From: Amphiscolops sp. MND2022
Lineage: Eukaryota
Assembly (NCBI GenBank): GCA_964187785.1
Contig: OZ076409.1
Coordinates: forward strand, 68,326,001 to 68,390,000
Direction: 5' to 3'
Length of the DNA: 64,000 bases
The notes beneath the pieces are model-generated. The model saw only the letters and a program-made list of their open reading frames with translations. It was not told where the DNA came from and searched no databases. The first letter of the stretch is position 1. Each line of letters begins with the position of its first letter. The position numbers and the translations under genes are program-made. Positions 10,835 through 23,005 of the stretch are shown piece after piece.

Positions 10835-13800
10835 CACCTCAAAAACCACAAGACGACTGGCAGCGTCAAGTGGAAACCATAAATATCCAACTTAAACAAC
10901 TGACTACAGAACCAGACTACACACATCAAACATCTACACACTCAGACAGTAATCAACTTCCACAAGAATCCTACTATGACCTCATGAGAGATGCCCCTGA
11001 CAAGTATCTCTCAGACAACATCCAAACCTCTCCTACACTTACAGAAAATTCACCAGAAATGTACCACCCGAGCACTTTCTCTTGCAATGAACAAAAACAA
11101 CCCCTTTTAGACGAAGATATCACAAACCACATCCAGTTTGACAAGGAACGCAACCTGTCATACTTACCTATGTCAACCTCCCTAACATTGAAACGAAAAC
11201 GCCACATGTACTACATGCCAATGGACTTCGAAAAACTTACACTTGATGGACTCATTGACACAGGAGCCCTGACTAGTGCAATCTCTGAACAAGACCTAAA
11301 CAAAATCAAATTAATTGCCAATGAAGCAATAAACGATACTGGTCCACCACCAAATTTTCAAATTATGGTAGCCAATGGTCAACTAGAAGTACCAATCGGC
11401 ACAGTACTACTTGAATTCGAAGTGGCTGATTTCATGTTACGAGAAAATTTCATCATCATGAAAAACCTACCAAACCCACTCATTGGCCTCTGTTTTCTTC
11501 GCAGAAACAATGCAGTTTTTGATGTCACACAAGGCATTTTAACTTTTCCATACCTCTCAATGCAACTAAAACCAGACACGCAAGTAACAATGCGTCAGAC
11601 AACGCCATTATTTACTGAAAATACATACACCCTTCAACCAGGCGAAACTCTCGCCATAGCAAGCAGAATGCCCCACCTGTTGGACCACGACGCAACAGGA
11701 ATAGTCACACCTTCACCACAATTTGAAAATCATGACAGCATTTTCATCACATCGTCACTTAGTACGGTCAACAATAATGCTATCGGGTACCAAATCATCA
11801 ACTTTTCAGAACTTCCATATACAATAATCTGTGACACCCACTTAGCAGACTTCAAAATCCTCACACCAGAACAAATAAAACATATACAACCAGTAGATCC
11901 AGCGATGTTGTCATTCATGATACAACACGAAGAAACAACCGAGATCTACATAAATGAACTACTGAAAGTTCCTTCACAAAACCCCGAACAAGAATCCTAT
12001 TGGTTCCCGACACCAGAAGAACCAGGGGATCCTACAACGTACACCCCAATCCAACAACGAATTTACAATGAACTCCTTGAGCTCAAAGAACTTGAACAAC
12101 TCAACCCACAAGACAATGAAAAATCAAGAAAAGCTTTCCTTACGAATTTTGACTGGACAGACACAACGCTCAACCCAGAAGAACAAAAACAAATCGAAGA
12201 AATCCTCATCGAATTTCACGATATTTTTGCCAGACATCGATTCGACATCGGCACCAATCGTGAATTCAAAGTCAAACTCACACCAAACGACGATCGACCA
12301 GCATAGAGCCAAAGTTTACCAACACCAATCAACCTCAAAGATGATATCACGGTAGAACTAGCACTTCTACACAAATATGGCATTATAACAACCTTACCCT
12401 TTTCAAAATACGCCAGTCCAATTTTTGCACAACGCAAACCAAATGGACGCCTCAGACTACTTGTAGACCTCAGGAAAATCAACAATTTAATCACTGAAGA
12501 TTACATCAATAATAATCACCCGGTAAGCACATTGTCGGATGCAGCACAACATATGGCAGGCAAGAAACGTTTCTGCAAATTAGATTGCTCCCAAGCCTAC
12601 CACTGCCTCCAAATGGCAGACTACCAATCTATTCAGATGCTTGCTTTCAATTTCGCAAGCCGAACCTTTGCTTATCGGCGACTCGCCCAAGGACTTAGCA
12701 GATCTCTCTCGGCCTTTTCAAGCTTCATGAGGGAGTACCTTGATAAGGCGATCAAGGCCGACCAATGTGCCCAGTACGTCGATGACATTGGTATAGCAGC
12801 AAACGACTCAAAACAGTTATGCGCCAACATCAGGACGGTCTTCGAATGCATCCGAAATGCTGGTCTGAAACTCACAATGTCCAAATGCCATTTCGGAGTT
12901 AAGCAAGTTGACTTTCTAGGCCGCACAATCATACCTGAAGGCGTCGCTCCTCAAGCTGACAAAGTCAAAGACTTCTTGTCAAAACTGAGATTTCCCAAAT
13001 CCAAAAAAGCACTCCAAAGGTATATCGGATTCTTAAATTATTACCGCAATTACATACCGAGACTTTCTGAACGGTTATCCCCGTTCTTCAAACTTCTTAA
13101 AGAAACCTCGAAATTCTACGTACCCACGAATTTGGTAGAAGACTTCACCAACCTGAACAAACTACTCGAAAACTCTTGCCAATTAGCATTGAGACAACCT
13201 CTCAAAGACAAACAACTCATAGTCATGTCTGATGCAAGCTTTACAGCAGCTGGATATGCTATCATGATAGAAGACGACCCCAACCAAAAACTCCAGTCCA
13301 AACGCAAAACCTATGCACCTATAGCATTTGGCTCGAAAACCTTTAACCCAACACAAACAAAACTGTCAATCTATGCGAAAGAATTCCTTTCCATATACTT
13401 TGCTTTTGTTGAATTTGGACACCTCATGTGGGGAAGCACCTTTCCAGTCATAGTATTCACCGACAACAGATCTGTTACTCGCTTTTTCCAAGCAAAACTT
13501 ATTCCTCCAGCACTATGGAACGCATGCGATTACGTCCTGCAATATAATTTTGTAATTGCCCATGTTGCTTTTTCAATGAATACTGCGGCAGATTTCCTAT
13601 CCAGAACGGAAGTCAACCCAGTCGAAAAACTCGAAATGAGCTTAAGAAATGATATCCAAACGAAAGCAATAGAAGTCAATATACAATCATCGGGTACAGT
13701 GGAAGAAGAACAAATCTACATCCTCCCTGATGACGAAGTTGATGAAAACCAACTTTGGAAAGAAAAGCAAAACGTGAGAAACCAAGCTCAAAATGAAACT

Positions 13801-15669
13801 CACAATGACCCAGAAAACAATGTTACTGAACTTCAACAATTCCACAAACCGACATCAGGCCTAAACACTTGCTCGGTAGGACATTTCCGAGACAACGCCA
13901 GAATCCGACTCGAACAAAACAACGACATTGTACTTCGGAACCTCAGAGCCAAAATAGAAGGCAACACTTTTGATGAAAACGACTTAGCATCTGACTACAG
14001 ATACCAGCATTACCTCCAAAATATAACCAGAATCGAAATTAAGCAAGAAGTTCTAACGAGGAAATACTACACAGACACTGGAACCACCTCGCATTATCAG
14101 ATTTTGCTACCAACACAACTCCTAGAAGGACTACTCCAAGCCTTACATGGACACAACTCGAACCATCCGGGTATCACAAAGATGATACAAGAAGTGAGAC
14201 AAAAATACTACTACCCTTGCATCGCAAAATACATTAAAAAATGGGTAAGTAATTGTCAAACCTGCATACAAACCAAAAGGATCAATAACGACCTCCTCAG
14301 GACCGAACTACTCAATTGCCCGGAATATGACCTCGGCCCTGAAGACATCCTTCAAATGGACATTCTTCCAAACCTACCACCCAGCGGTGGATATGACCAT
14401 ATAATCACAGCGATCGATGTTTTCTCTCGATACCTGTTTGCATATCCAGTGACACGCATCACTGCAACATCAGTAGCCAGAGTCATAATGGACATATTAT
14501 GCAAACATACATACCTTCCGACAACAATCATCACAGATCTTGGCACACAATTCAACGCTCAAGTAACCCATGAAGTTACAGCTGTCCTAGGCGTTGAACT
14601 AAAACATGCAACAATGAAACACGCTCAAACAATAGGACTTCTGGAAAGAACACATGCTTCAGTCAAAACCCAACTCAAAGCAGCAACTGGAGAATTTCGG
14701 CATAACTGGCATAAATTTCTCCCGTTAGCTGTACTAAACCACAATACAACTTATCATGCGTCGCTTGGTTGCGAGCCTTCACGTGTCTTCCATGGCCGCA
14801 TACCACACAACATACTGGACTATAAATTAGGATACAATCCTAATCCGAAATATCAACTCCAAACCGACGTTGCAGAAGAAATACAACGACGAATGAAAAT
14901 ACTTCTAGATCGGACCAAAAAGAACATAATGCAATCTTATCTCAAGTACAAAGCCTATTATGATAGCAAAGCAAAAGCATCACCGTTAGAAACAACGGAC
15001 TACTGCTACATTTTAAACCCGAAAGCTGACACACAAGGAACAAAAATACCGTTCCGGGAATTCAGATGGCAGGGTCCGTACAAAGTCGAAAAAGTCCTTC
15101 CTAATAATAACTACATTGTTAGGAGACTAGGTACAAACAAAACACAACTCTTACATAGAATCCGGTTGAGAAAATTCACGCCGCAAACACCTTTAGCCGA
15201 TATCTTTGTACGAGAATCTGATTGGCAGAAAGATGATCAAATGCCAGTGGCACACGACGACTTATATGCCCAATCATGGAACACAAATTTTGGGCCTAAC
15301 CCTTTTGAGGAAAGCCCTCCAGATTATACGCATAATACTGATGACATTGAATATGTACCCGTTGAAGTACCTGAAAATAACCCCCCTCCCTCCCCCAAAA
15401 TTCCGAAAAACAGCGGGGGGAGCCCAGTGGAACAGCCCACTGAACGCGAAGAAGAAAACCATAATGAAATCCAGCAAGAAATTCAAGATGGTGATACAGA
15501 AATCTCCCAAAAAACCCCAAAAGATAATACACCAGAACGACAAACTCAAAAAACCCCAGAAAACCCACAACATACCCCATTGCAAGAAGAACCCATAAAT
15601 ACGCGTAGTGAAAAATACAACTTACGTCCTAATCCCAACCCAAACTACTCAGATTCTTACAGATACTAA
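10789..15669 (+). CDS. pol: Pol: aspartic protease, dUTPase-like spacer, RT, RNase H, integrase with GPY/F motif; one in-frame TAG at 12304-12306
   Basis: LIDTGA; KPNGRLRLLVDLRKIN; YVDD; SDAS...KE...FTDN; H-H-C-C zinc motif; D,D,E core (MDIL, TDLG, LERT); WQGPYKV. The frame continues across RPA*SQSL. Confidence 0.95.
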
Positions 15670-15846
15670 AAAACTACAACCCAGAAACTATCTTCATTCT
15701 CATTTTTTCCTTCTAGTGCAGACTTTCATATGCATCCACACACCAAGTCACCTGTAATCAGGTGTAGCTATTATAAACGATAAAAACAGAACAAAATGTA
15801 ATACAAACAAAACGAAGTAAGTTTACAAGAATCACAGAAAGTTCAT

Positions 15847-18800
15847 TTAATTCTTCTTGCCTTTAGGCACTTTCTCTTTTGGTCCTTTCGTGGCAGAAGC
15901 AACTACCTCACAACGAGGTACTGCCAAAGTAGCTTTCCCCAAGAAAGACCTGGGTGAAAGAGATCCAGTACTACTGGTTGATCCACTTCTGCGATCAGGG
16001 TCACTCTCAGTAGGTAAACACAAAGTTTCTGGCCTTGCAACAGCTACCCGATACGAGGACTCAAGTCTGTTCAATAAATTCTGCCTTCGGGTTGCCCCTC
16101 CTTTCAGAAAATTCCAAATCGAGAATTTCTTGTCACGAGTTAAATCATGACCCCTCCCCAGCAGTCGGAATACTCGGCTGACAGAACGAGTGTCTCGATA
16201 TAAACTAGACACATTTGGTACTGAACTATAGGACATCTGTAGGCTGTGGACACAAGATTGAAAGGTCCCCTTATCAGATTCGAGCTCAGGGATCGGAACC
16301 ACAAAAGGTTCTGGGGAACTAAACAGAGGGGGTAAACTGAGACTCGCATACCGAAAGAGTTGATGCAATTCACGACGGTTTTGCAGCTCGTAATGACTGG
16401 CCAAGAAATGAAACCAATCAGCAGTATCAACAACGCGCATGGACCGCAACTTGGTAACGAAAGCCCGGTACTGGCTCACAGCATTGGCTTTGTCACTGAC
16501 GGTTATCCACCCTTTCACAAGGAAATGACTCGAAAGGTATTCTATAGCCGAAGTGTAATGCTCTTCAGTTCCGTCCAAAATAACAGCCGAATCAAAACTG
16601 GCTAATCCGCGCACTAAGTCTGATTTGATGATGTCATGAGATAACAGAATTCCACAAAAGGATTTGCAAAAGGCGATCGTTTGCTCAATAAACTTGCTCG
16701 GTCTAGGCCGTTTGCTACTCACCACAAGACGGTGGTAGTCAGCATTTAAGACGAATTCATCGGGCGTTTTGAACGGTAGATCAGCTCGACTCAAATCAAG
16801 TTTAAGGAAATGGTCCCAATCAGAAATATCCCCAAGAACACTATCTGGAAGGATATTCTGCAACTGACTGTACACAAATACGGCGAATTGATTGTACAAT
16901 CTGAACCCCGAACCAAACTGGGATGTAACTTCAGAGAAGGCGGAATTGTCTGAAACATAGCCAAATTACTACTAAAAGATCGAAAATGCACCAAAGGAAC
17001 GTGATTACAACGATGAAAACAGAAAAGTACACGTGTTCTACGCTATTATGCGATTTTTCATATTCATGCTACGGCGTTATACGGCTTTGGAATACTGATC
17101 ACACGGCATCATGCGGAATTCAGAATGTAGACCACTCGTTATCATACGTTTTCTGACCATGCGGCATTATACTGAAATTATATTGGCGGTTATGCGTCAT
17201 CATACTGAATTCAAATTCCAACCATGCGGCATTATGCTTAAATCATATTGGCGATTATGCGTCATTATACTGAATTCAAGTTCTAGCCATACAATAGTAT
17301 ACTGAATTCATATTAGCGATCATACATTGTTATAATGATTTCAAGTTTTCACCACGCTGTGCTATACTGAGAATATAGTAGCAATTAGTCATCACTATGC
17401 TGACTTTGGAATACAATGGCGTCATGATACTGAAATTAATGTACCGCATATTCGTCACAGCGCATATGTTGGATATCAATTATACGTCATTATGCGGATT
17501 TGGGAATGACGAGTAATCGCTATTCCTCGGAAAAGAAGAAACCCCTGTAGGTGAAAATTGAAAGAAACTAAAGTCAGGAAAACAACACGTGCTTCTTGAA
17601 ATAACAATGTTGACTGCAAAAGACGCCGAGATACAACAGAAAATGAAATCCTAAGGTTGTATCCGAAGGTGCGGAAGAATTAACTAACTAAAAACCTAAT
17701 GAAAGAATTATGGAAAACACCAACACTGATCCAAGATACAGCGGATGATGAACAATCTCGCGAGGTAGGCTGTGTCGAGCCGAAAGCACTCGTCTAGTGT
17801 ACTAGGCTGTAACAGAGATAAAACTAAATTAGGGCGGTCCGCGAGAGCAACTCTGAAACTTCGAAAAATACCAACTTCTCTCATATGAAATCTGTATGTA
17901 GGCAGTCGGGACATGCGGTTTAGATGCTCCAATACCATATCCCAGTGGCTAGATAGAGTTTCAATCACAATAGAAGCCTCGGACAGAGTATATGTGAGAT
18001 CAAGAACACACTAAAGCGCAAAACTGCTGTGGAATTAGAGACCTAGGAATGAACTATAAAATGTGCTAGGTAAAAATACTACCTTATGAAGTACAGGAAG
18101 TGCCTGAAGCCATTCACGATCCAACGCCGTGCGCAGTTTCATATGAAGGTAGTCTAAGATGGTCCGAAAATCATGTCTTTCCAAGATTTTAGAAGTGGGT
18201 AAAGAAAGACATCTCTCAAGCTCCTTGGGTCCAAAACTGTTGGTGGCGTAAGGACGTAAATTTCCAGGCAAAGCAGAAATGAGACTGCTGTCTAATCGGC
18301 CAGGACATCCAATTAAACAAATGCAAGATGGCGCAGTCTCAAATAAACTAAGGAACGAGGATATAACTGTCAAGAGGCGCTTAGGCACTAGTAACCCTCG
18401 AGGACCAGATCCAAGGCAAACCTGATGGTATACGTTGCCTGACCAGAAATTGATGTACACATCAGTTGAAGTGTGTACAGTGAAAGGACAAAGAAAACAC
18501 TCCGGAGGAAGAGATGGCCGTCACACTGTAATTGAGCAGTTCCCGGAACATGTAGACTAGTATTGCCTGTAAAAGAAATAAACATTACATGATGGAATAA
18601 TGGAAAACTTTATCAGATTACCCTGCTGGGGTAAAGAAATACTCACAAAGATCCGATGTTTACTCCAAATGTAGGGTGAACTTTCCTCGCATGCGGGCGA
18701 GAGTTGGACCAGCTCATTCCAAATGCCGATGAGGCTATCCACGTGCCCACCATAGCGTAAGCCTTGCTCAAGGATACTGATTTGTGCAAGGACGTCTGCG

Positions 18801-20414
18801 CTAGGGCTAGTTGACGAACTCAAATCGGGCAGTTTGTCCTGTCGCACCAACAAACGGCAAATGTCCAATTGGGGCGTAATCGGGTGGGTCTCCTTAGCGA
18901 TCCGTTTAGCTTCTTGCAGGGGAAGCCCAGCCAATTCATTCTCATACCGATCAAATAGTGGCATTCCCGGGATCTCCAAACGGATCCTGTGTTCCTTGAT
19001 AAAGTGGCTCTCCGTTCGGTAGTGGGAGAGTAATTCGAGCACTCCTCTACTCATTAGAGAGAGTTCAACCCGGCACACGCGGCACCACCACTTGTAAGGA
19101 TTCTTGTGCCGGTCAAGAGGGCCGGTGGCAAAAAACTTCAATACAGGATGTTTTCTCATCATACTGGATTTCAAAACGTATCTGGGGCGTTGTCTCTTCC
19201 CTTTCGTAGCGGGAATGTCCTCGCAACTTGAATACAATCCAGTTTCATCCACCAGTAGGGGAGCATTACTAGTGCTCGGAACGTTTTGTAAACGTCTGAC
19301 GGGTGAATGGGGAGGGTTTTCTATTACACTAATCTGTATTCCGTCGGTGTTTCCTTCGGGATTCTCAGCAAAGGCAGATTGCGGGATTCTCCCTAACACA
19401 TTAGTTAGTGCCAAAATTTCCTGTCTGGTGACTACGATGCTTTGTCTAGTGGTGGCAGAACTTTTATTAGTCAATATGTCAGCCGGCCGGCTATCATGTG
19501 TCGTGTCCATTTCCTCCTCAGCTTCAGCATGTTCATTTGTTGGGGGTGGGTGCAAATTTTCTGGGTTCATCGGGGTATCTTTTCCTGTCAAAAAAGACGT
19601 AAATCTCGGGGAAGTAGTTTGAGCAGTCCCGGTGAAGTTGGGTTCTTCCTCTGTTATGGGATTGGATGTGCCGGATAGATCTTTTACCATCATTGTTGAC
19701 AAATCTGGCAATGGAGAGTTATTTCCTTGGCTGACAACACGCGATGCAAAAGTCCCAGTTGCTCCAACAACTTGTACGCTTTCATCATCTCCATCCCCAG
19801 TTTCCGAATCATCGATGAAAAGTAATGACGGGGAAATTGATGTGTCTAGTTCAAGAGCAGTCTCCTGGACAATACCGTCTTTATTCAAAGAAGGGTCTTT
19901 AGTGACAAATTTGTCGGGAGTAAGGATGTGGCGAGTTGGAGTTGAGATGATGCTAAGGGGAGTGTAAACTTTAGCTGGAGACTTCTCAACTGCCTCGGCG
20001 GCAGACTCAGGGTGAGCTGAAACAAACCAAGATTTCTGTTGATGGACAAAAGTGAACGAAATGTGTTGTTTTCCGTGAGAAAGGCAATCTGAAACCGGAA
20101 GTAAGTTCCAGAAGTCTTAATTGAACGGAAATGACTCGATTTCAAACCGGAAGTGGATACGCTTCTAAAAGTTCGAGACTAAAATTGTGATCGAAGACAA
20201 GTAGATCAATCTTCTTGGTAGCCTGGCCAGCTATCCAATTTGAAACCCTACCTGATCAGGAAAAAAAATCTGAAGAAAACCGAATAGTCCAAATCAGAAA
20301 ACGAAACTAAAACTCACCAGAAGTGCTCGCTGCGGGAATTTGGGAACTCATTTCAATGAGCTGTTGCTGTGGGGCTGATTGTTGTTCGTTTGTCTGTTTG
20401 TTGGGGGAGTCCAT
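15847..20414 (-). CDS. Spliced antisense accessory gene (~1110 aa): low-complexity N-terminus, BED-type zinc finger and degenerate hAT-transposase-like body; one +1 frameshift near 18470
   Basis: Exons 20414-20318, 20016-18647, 18566-18083, 18010-17725 and 16949-15847, joined by GT-AG introns in matching phases (1,0,0,1). Zinc finger WWCRVC-x16-H-x5-H near 19000-19095. The fourth donor (GTTGGT) is the least certain. Confidence 0.75.
17040..17500 (+). repeat. ~33-bp motif array inside the last intron of the antisense gene
   Basis: Alternating CATGCGGCATTATACT / TATGCGTCATCATACT units; perfect core TATACGTCATTATGCG at 17481. Confidence 0.85.
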
Positions 20415-20869
20415 ATCTCGGAAACTTGAATTCCAAGTAACTAGGACGCTGGAGCAGGAAAGAAGGTAACCACGGATGAGAATAAACAAGTATGATGATC
20501 AGTACTATGCTCTAGTCGGAATTAAAATGAGAAATGAAACGATAATCTACAAATGAACTGACTATAAATATGAATTACCGATGTTAAATTTGAAAACGCG
20601 AATTCAAAAGACTTGGAAATAGCTGAAAATTTCAACAAAAGGCGTGGCGTACACAAAACAAGGCAAAAAGCAAATGAAATATGCAATAGGAAAGTACCAA
20701 AAAGTGTACTTTAATCTGATTGGTCAATTAAATTGTCAATCATTTCTGCCAGAATGGTTGATTACGTAATTCACGTCATCTTGGACAGTGAATAAACAAC
20801 AAACATTGAATAGGCTGCTTTGCATTCACATTATTATGGCCAGCAGCAAGATTCTGGACTGCCGGTATA

Positions 20870-21260
20870 CTTATACGGCAGTATGCGGAGCTACTATGAA
20901 CGCATATACAGCACTATGCGAAGAAAGAAATATACGTGTACGGCGGTATGCGGAATAAATATGAGCGCATACACAGCAGTATGCGGAAAAAGAAATATAC
21001 TTATACGGCAACACGCGGAGTTATTATAAACGCGTATACAGCAGTATGCGGAAAGAGAAGTACAATTATACGGCAGTATGCGGTATTATCAAGAAAATAC
21101 AGAATACAATGTACAAAGTTCCAGACGGGGTTATGCTGCGCTACATGGATCTACTACGAATGTATACACAACAACGTGCGGATTCACAAAACAACAATGT
21201 GCTATAGCGCGAAACTACCACGGATACAGGCAACATACATATTGAACTATAAAGGAGTCC
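20870..21260 (+). repeat. ~33-bp motif array between the antisense gene start and the sense accessory ORF
   Basis: TATACGGCAGTATGCGG at 20872 and ~21067, with variants every ~32-34 bp. Confidence 0.85.
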
Positions 21261-21949
21261 GGAGAATAAGCTGAAGTATTACGGGATGTGATGCATGACA
21301 TTGCTACTACACACAGAAATGTTAAAGAAAGCAGTCAGAAGGGCCAGAATTTTGTTGGGCCTCTTTAAGACAGTAAACAAACCCTTAAGTAATTGCTGAT
21401 TACATTGCGCTTATAGAATAAAACTTATAAAAAAAGACATGAAAACTGACATTTGTTTCAATATGCTTGCATGGAATTTGATTTCAAATATTTTCTGCCG
21501 GAAAACTAGATTGTTAGTCATGTAAGATTGGATATATTTCCTTTATTTTTGCTCATTCTCATAATGGGAAGAAGAAATCATGTAACCCTTTGATGATGAT
21601 TATCATTTTGTTTGAAAGCTATTAAATCGGCTGAGGTGCCGCCAAAAGAGAGAAGAAAAGCAGGCATCCATCCTAAGAAACACCTAAACTAAATTTGTTT
21701 ACATCGAGTTAAGAGGAATCTCGGTGAGCTACATGAACTGAAATCCTAGAATCGAGAAGGAAACCAAATAAGGAAGTTGTGAAACCCTAAGAATCATGAC
21801 ACTCACATTTTCCGCGGGTTTTTGTTGAAGAAAGAAAGGGATTGGGAAAAATATCACCACACGGTCTATAATAACTTGAGATTCAGTTGCTCCTAACTTC
21901 AAAACCTAGTCCTCTACTGATCAAGAATTCATAAGTACATCTTTAAAGA

Positions 21950-23005
21950 ATGAATCCAGCACATTTTAACATCACTGAAAATTTGAGTTACTCACCCATT
22001 TCTCCTGAAGTGGTTAATATATCAAGCGAATCTGGCGAGGAGTTCATCGTAGAACCTGGCAACATCGCACAGATCGATGAAAGGTTCAGGATCAACACGA
22101 TGGGTTCCAATATGATGTCCGCTTTCGTGGGCTCAGCAGCGGCTGTTTTGTTCCCTCAGCCGAACCCGATCAATCGACAAGAGACTGTTGACACTGCAGG
22201 TTCCAGCATTGAAAGAGAAATCATGGAGCTAATTGAAGAAACCCCACTCTCACCTTCTGCTTCTCCTTTGTCCTTCATAGACTCGGAATTTGAAGAAGTG
22301 AATATGTCGCCAAGAGATTCTCCTGTAGTGTCTGAAGAACGAGTAAATAACTATGGGCGACCCGTTGCAGCTATTTTACCCACACCAAGGATAGTAAGAC
22401 AAAGATCAGATGAAGTGGTCAGGCCAATACCAACGTACCCTCCGAACTTCTTACAGGAATCATCCCATTTTCATCAAGTTAACTCGGTCGATACCAATAA
22501 TCAAGGAGCTGTAATTCCCCCGTTGTCTGAGGCAGGAATTACGCACTTACAGACCGTGCCGGCTCCTACAGAACCGCAATACCCAATAATGGGAGACATC
22601 ACACCAATGGTGATACACTTGCCTCCTAGATCCATGGTAGATGTCTCCGCCAACTTTATTGGATCATCTCAACAATTTACCCAATTTGGCTTTCCATTCA
22701 GCATTCTACATAGCTCCGACGTTCCAGTGATGGCGCCCAGTGAGAGACAAACCTTCCGGTTGTTTCCTACAGTTATGCCTAATGTCTCAGGATATTGCCA
22801 ATGGTGCGGCCGTACCTTCGATCAAGTTGCTTTGGAAACCTTGGGAGACTATCTCGGAGCAACAGCTTATGACGGGGAGACGGTCAGGGATCGTGGAGTG
22901 AGGTCAAGAGCTTTTATCGATGGTTTTGAAGCTGCGTTATTTATCTTTAAAAACGCGGGACTGTCGCAGCCCCAGAGATGCGATGGATCCGGAGTGCATC
23001 AATGA
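21950..23005 (+). CDS. Sense accessory ORF (351 aa), S/P-rich with a C-terminal CQWC-containing domain; not env-like
   Basis: Intact ATG-TGA ORF with no signal peptide or TM stretch visible; crosses the PPT and ends 44 nt inside the 3' LTR. Confidence 0.75.
   Translation: MNPAHFNITENLSYSPISPEVVNISSESGEEFIVEPGNIAQIDERFRINTMGSNMMSAFVGSAAAVLFPQPNPINRQETVDTAGSSIEREIMELIEETPLSPSASPLSFIDSEFEEVNMSPRDSPVVSEERVNNYGRPVAAILPTPRIVRQRSDEVVRPIPTYPPNFLQESSHFHQVNSVDTNNQGAVIPPLSEAGITHLQTVPAPTEPQYPIMGDITPMVIHLPPRSMVDVSANFIGSSQQFTQFGFPFSILHSSDVPVMAPSERQTFRLFPTVMPNVSGYCQWCGRTFDQVALETLGDYLGATAYDGETVRDRGVRSRAFIDGFEAALFIFKNAGLSQPQRCDGSGVHQ
22949..22960 (+). promoter_or_regulatory. Polypurine-tract-like sequence AAAAACGCGGGA
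   Basis: One base upstream of the 3' LTR TG. Confidence 0.65.

Noticed and set aside
20252..20269. 18-nt micro-exon in intron 1 of the antisense gene
   Set aside because: Has AG/GT borders but would introduce an in-frame TGA.
15847..20414. Independent hAT transposon nested in the retroelement
   Set aside because: No TIR pair or 8-bp TSD seen, catalytic residues appear lost while the frames are largely intact, and the intron carries the LTR motif; not formally excluded without other copies.
21950..23005. env gene
   Set aside because: In the env position but no signal peptide, fusion-peptide context or TM anchor visible.
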